A stretch of 54,215 nucleotides of DNA, counting the filler, from Sphacelaria rigidula (Eukaryota): assembly GCA_964200075.2 (NCBI GenBank). It is 3 parts of 3 records of this genome, joined end to end, with 100 filler letters (N's around TTAATTAATTAA, not from the genome) between each part and the next. Parts side by side here need not be neighbours in the genome. Positions count along the whole stretch, not along the records: positions 36,212 to 54,215 come from CAXNAA020000942.1; 2 more parts are not named here. One strand, given 5' to 3'. The position numbers were made by a program, and so were the translations under genes. Below the pieces are notes generated by a model, which saw only the letters and a program-made list of their open reading frames with translations, ran no database searches and was not told where the DNA came from. Positions 50,170 to 54,215 of this stretch are shown piece after piece. Each line of letters begins with the position of its first letter. Positions within the stretch are counted from its first letter, which is position 1.

Positions 50170-50764
50170 CTTCCTCTGTCCTTTAAGTCTGTGCAGTTAT
50201 GGACGTTTGATCGTTTGGGTATTTCAACGCTGACGATCATCCTACAGTTGGGTTTGTTAGAAAGATAACGCACAGACGAAGCTAACCCCCCCCCAAAAAA
50301 GAGAAAAAAAGTCGTTTTCAATACTAAAATTATGTCATAATGTACCCCATTTTGGCCTTTTGTGGCCCACTTATACCCCTATGTTGATCGATTTTGGACG
50401 TTTTTACGTCGAGCACTAGCGATCACATGCTGAAAAAAAATTAGATGGGCCGTACGTAGGTTAACGTCACGGAAATATCCAAATCAGTGGTGATTTCGCG
50501 GTTTTCACATTTTTTTCATGATTTTTCGCGATTCCCGGGTCTGCTATGCTTTTCTGGAAAACAAGGAAAAAATGGCCATATTTTGACCGACCCACATTTT
50601 TGCGGTCGCGAGGCTGCACGGGTCAAGCACCCACGTTGCAGAAAGAATATTGCTTTAAGCTAAAAAAAAACGCCAACGAATGCGACCAAAAAATCGAAAA
50701 TCAAATCGGAAATCGTTAAGGGTTCATACAAACATAACTGCACAGACTTATAGGACAGAGGAAG
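50170..50764. mobile_element. Stowaway-like MITE
   Basis: TA|cttcctctgtcctttaagtctgtgcagttatg...cataactgcacagacttataggacagaggaag|TA. Confidence 0.88.
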
Positions 50765-50799
50765 TACACTCCTAGCAGAAAGAGCCCGAACCCATCGAT

Positions 50800-52320
50800 G
50801 CTCTCTTTCATCGGCAGATGTCTGTGCCATCATGGCACTGTTCCAAGATGTACCGTTACAGGGCACCCCACGCCAAGGGTCCCGGGATTGCCGGGGTATC
50901 TGTTATACCATACCCTCCGGGGTAACTGTAGCATCGAGGACCGTTAACCCTTATGGGACCGGGCCTCCAGAACGACCAATGAGGCTGGTCAGGAATGACG
51001 TGTCTGACGTCTGCACGAAACAGTGGCGTGTTGCTGAAATCCGCGTATGTAAACGCAGGGTCATGACCAAGACCGAAAGTTTCATCCGATCTATTTTCAG
51101 GAGCAGGTTGCGCATTAGGTGGTGTACATCTGATATAGCAAGCAGCATGAGTCGTGGTAAAAAGCTTCCAACACGATGCGGCGACCGGCGGGCCGCCCGC
51201 CACTTGTGGCTTCGGATGATACTTTTGTCCCCATCACCTTGCCACACAGCCCCTTGTGGTGGGGGTGGGCCGCCATTTCCCCCCCTATTGCATGCGGCAA
51301 GTTCTCTTCGAAGGGTAACAGCGTTGCGGCGCGCATGCATACGGCATTATAGTACAGTACAGTCTAGTACGCCTCTCCGGCTGAAGCAGCAGCTGCCGCT
51401 GCATACTCCCTTGCACGTTCTGGGCAATTCTCAGCTACCGAGATCAGCTGCCGATATACAGCTTTGCCATCCCCATCTACTTCATTCATATGGACTGCAC
51501 GCTGCAAGTCATCGGTAGAGAGATACGCAGAATTCATTACGGTAGCTCCTTTTGTCTTTCCACAGCCCACCTGGGTTTTGTGCTTCGGAAAAATGACCAC
51601 ATTGTGGCATGTACACTCCTTCCCGGTTTTTTCCGATCCACCCTGTATGAGTACAAATTACTACGTTTCAGTATAGAATTGGGACTCAGAAAACACTCCG
51701 GAAAACTCGGGAATGGTGTACTGAGTGCAAGTAATACCATACAACCAAGCTGCGACCACCCTGCACATGGAAACCTGGGGCAGCTTATCTGGGCCAGGGA
51801 TAGGACCCCCACGCGATCTTTGCAGTGGCATCACACTCGCCAACAATCCCCGTGCTGGTCGTTCGGGTCTGGTCGATAAATTTCCCCTCGCCGTGGTTGG
51901 GCAGGTCTCTCAAAGACATATTTTTTACTATTCCATTAACACAGGGTCAATCCTGTGTTAGTGGGGGTCCGATCCCAAAAGGATTAACGCAGAGTACAGA
52001 ACATCTGAAATACTGGATGGTGCACGTGCCTATACCCAATTCACATGTCGCAATTTTTTTAATCCTCCGAGCGCTCATGTTCAGCGAGTTTTTTGTTCCG
52101 AGTAGTTGTTGGTGCCGACAGCTCCGCCTGCGAAACCTACTCCAGGAGAATGATCCATTGCATAGGTTTGGAGGCAGCATGGTAGTTGAGACGTGGACGC
52201 GGTTTACTTCACAGGAGCAGGGTTCCCGTGTTTCTTCACCCCCAAGGATATATCCTATCCGGCACCCATTTTCTGAAGTACGCCCGACTGACATGATTCC
52301 AACTAGCGACCTAGGTCCTC
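50800..52320 (-). pseudogene. Possible degenerate Mutator-like transposase C-terminal region
   Basis: Fragments AYFRKWV and GTNNYSEQK resemble the MULE YF..W / TNNxxE motifs; many stops and frameshifts. Confidence 0.35.
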
Positions 52321-52338
52321 AACGGGTTGGAACTATTT

Positions 52339-52600
52339 TACGGATAGGACGAATCATCACGGGTTCGAATCACCAAATCCACGATTTCTTCCGTCTGATT
52401 GCCCAAAAGGGAGAGCAAAGTTGACCGCTGGTCCAAGGGGTATCCACGCAACGTTGCGCCATTCCACGTGTCTGGGCTGCATCAACCTGGGTTGCAACGC
52501 TGAGAAATAAAGCCTAGGGATTGATTGATTCGTACTATTCGAATCAATTACACTGAAGCCAAGTAATTTCCAGACGAATCATCGGTTTGTCCGACCCTTG
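52339..52600. mobile_element. hAT-like MITE, inverted copy of 45372-45629
   Basis: Full-length reverse-complement match; flanks aactattt / gagtattt. Confidence 0.8.
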
Positions 52601-52800
52601 GAGTATTTCAAAGATCAGATTGCGTTAGTCCGGCCATGAAGTCATGATGTACAGAAGGACGTTTGTGGGCGAACTTATTTGAGTGTGTCTCGGTGGGCTA
52701 TTTTTGCTCGCAAGCAATGAATGAACCATAGCTGATTCCAGTGGTAATGATACAGTACACACATACACGTACATGTGCATATGTTCAAATATTTCCGCAG

Positions 52801-52964
52801 GTAAAGCTGGTGGACTTCGGTTGCGCCTGCGGCGGAAAGCTGGGCAAAGACAAAGCCGGCCCTGGCGATACAGTACCGGGTACTCCCGCCTACTGGCCTC
52901 CGGAGCTGGTGCAAAAGTCCATGAGTGGCGACGAGTATCGATTCGATGCTGCTGCGGACATGTG
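52801..52964 (+). CDS. Kinase exon (subdomains VII-IX); gene continues beyond the window
   Basis: ccgcag|VKLVDFGCA...GTPAYWPPE...AADMW. Confidence 0.92.
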
Positions 52965-53019
52965 GTGGGTAATTGATGGGTGGGATTGGTTGGTTGATTG
53001 ATTATCGCACACTAGCTGC

Positions 53020-53370
53020 CCCCTGAGGTATCCAGCGGACGGCATGTGGTGCTATCGACGTGGTACGGCCGAATGCGGAACGTGAACAAAGATGGCATGA
53101 AATCGTCTGATGCATTAGACAGTAGGGAGAACACGATGGCTATTCTAGGAGATAGTTGGTGACCAGAGACGGCGAAACAGGACGGGGATAAGATATGTAG
53201 ACGGTTTTTGTGTAGTGTATGGAAGAAACGTGATGAGCTGCGGAAGAAACGTAATGGGCGCCGGAATGTTGGAGGTGTCTCTATTAGGAGTAGGAACGGG
53301 GCTCCGTCTCGAAAGGGATGCGTGATCAATGGTAAAACGATAAGGCAAGCAACGAATGAGTACGCCCCCG
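53020..53370 (+). mobile_element. LINE 3' fragment
   Basis: Matches 35170-35445. Confidence 0.8.
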
Positions 53371-54215
53371 AGGTATCCAGCCATGAGAATGCCACGGTAG
53401 TGGATTGATGCCGAGATTGCCCCCGCACAAAAAATGTACCGGAGACCGTCCGACAAACCGGCTGATATCCAACTACTGGGCTCGTTTGCAGCAATTTTGC
53501 CCACAACATGAGAGGCGTGTAGCACTCCGAAATTAGACATAATGCCCAAGTGAGTCGCGTCGTGCAGCCCGAAACCAGCTCTAAGGCAGTTATGATCATC
53601 GCGTCCGTGCACTTTTTTGGCCGGTGTGTGTGTGGGGGGGGGCTATCTCGGCAGCAGTCAGGGGTGCACTTTTTTCTTCTGAGGTTCTTTGTTGTAGGAA
53701 TCTCCAGATGACAAATATATGGGCCTTAATGTGCAGCCGCATACACGTTTTGGCCCAAAAAGTGCACCCCTACCGTGGCATCACTCGCGTGGTGACAAGC
53801 GTGTGTGTGTAAGGGTGTATTGTCCTCCCATCTATTCTAGACGCCGGTCTACACCTTGCGGTATATGTGGGCGCACCAGCCGGGGTCACACAGGAGGAAG
53901 GTCAACACAGGAGTTTCTTTTTCTTTTTTGTTTGTTTTCGTTCTCCACCTTCCTTCTGCGGTGCTTGCCCTTATTTTTTTATCGCGAGATGAGTTGATCA
54001 GTCCCGTTCCCTCGTCGACCATTAAGTCGAATCTTGTGTACCCACGACATAAGTACGTGTTGATTATCCCTTCTTGAGTGCCCGGACCAAGAGTTGGCCG
54101 CCAGGCGGTCGGGTGGTCGGGCGGGGGGGGGGGGGGGGGGGGCGGGCGAGGTGGTTGGTTTTGTGGTTGGAGGAAAAAGGAGGGGAGGCAGGGGGGGAGG
54201 AAGAGGGTGAGGGAG

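Noticed and set aside
18809..52964. SHIPPO + GH3 + kinase as one functional cluster
   Set aside because: The kinase is on a different, artificially joined contig

Overview
Eukaryotic, TE-rich genomic DNA, most likely from a brown alga (Phaeophyceae, Ectocarpus-like). That assignment is inferred from the long introns, the roughly balanced GC content and the look of the repeat families. The window is not one locus. Two identical 100-bp spacers (44N-TTAATTAATTAA-44N) join three contigs of 18,006, 18,005 and 18,004 bp, so it looks like a size-sorted concatenation. Contig 1 (1-18006) is a nest of dead LTR retrotransposons (Ty1/copia gag, integrase and RNase H remnants, plus a probable gypsy-type LTR with PBS) carrying inserted MITEs and a LINE. 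Contig 2 (18107-36111) has a head-to-head pair: a SHIPPO/PG-rich repeat (ODF3-like) gene on minus and a 3'-truncated GH3 beta-glucosidase on plus, with TE-filled introns. Contig 3 (36212-54215) holds a 3'-truncated, multi-exon, non-RD CAMK-like kinase with a GC-AG intron and many MITE/LINE insertions. I found no convincing new multi-gene system. The best leads are a composite hAT element carrying a captured coding fragment, a palindromic core shared by MITEs with unrelated termini, a LINE 3' hairpin with compensatory changes, A/C-rich splice acceptors and the atypical kinase.
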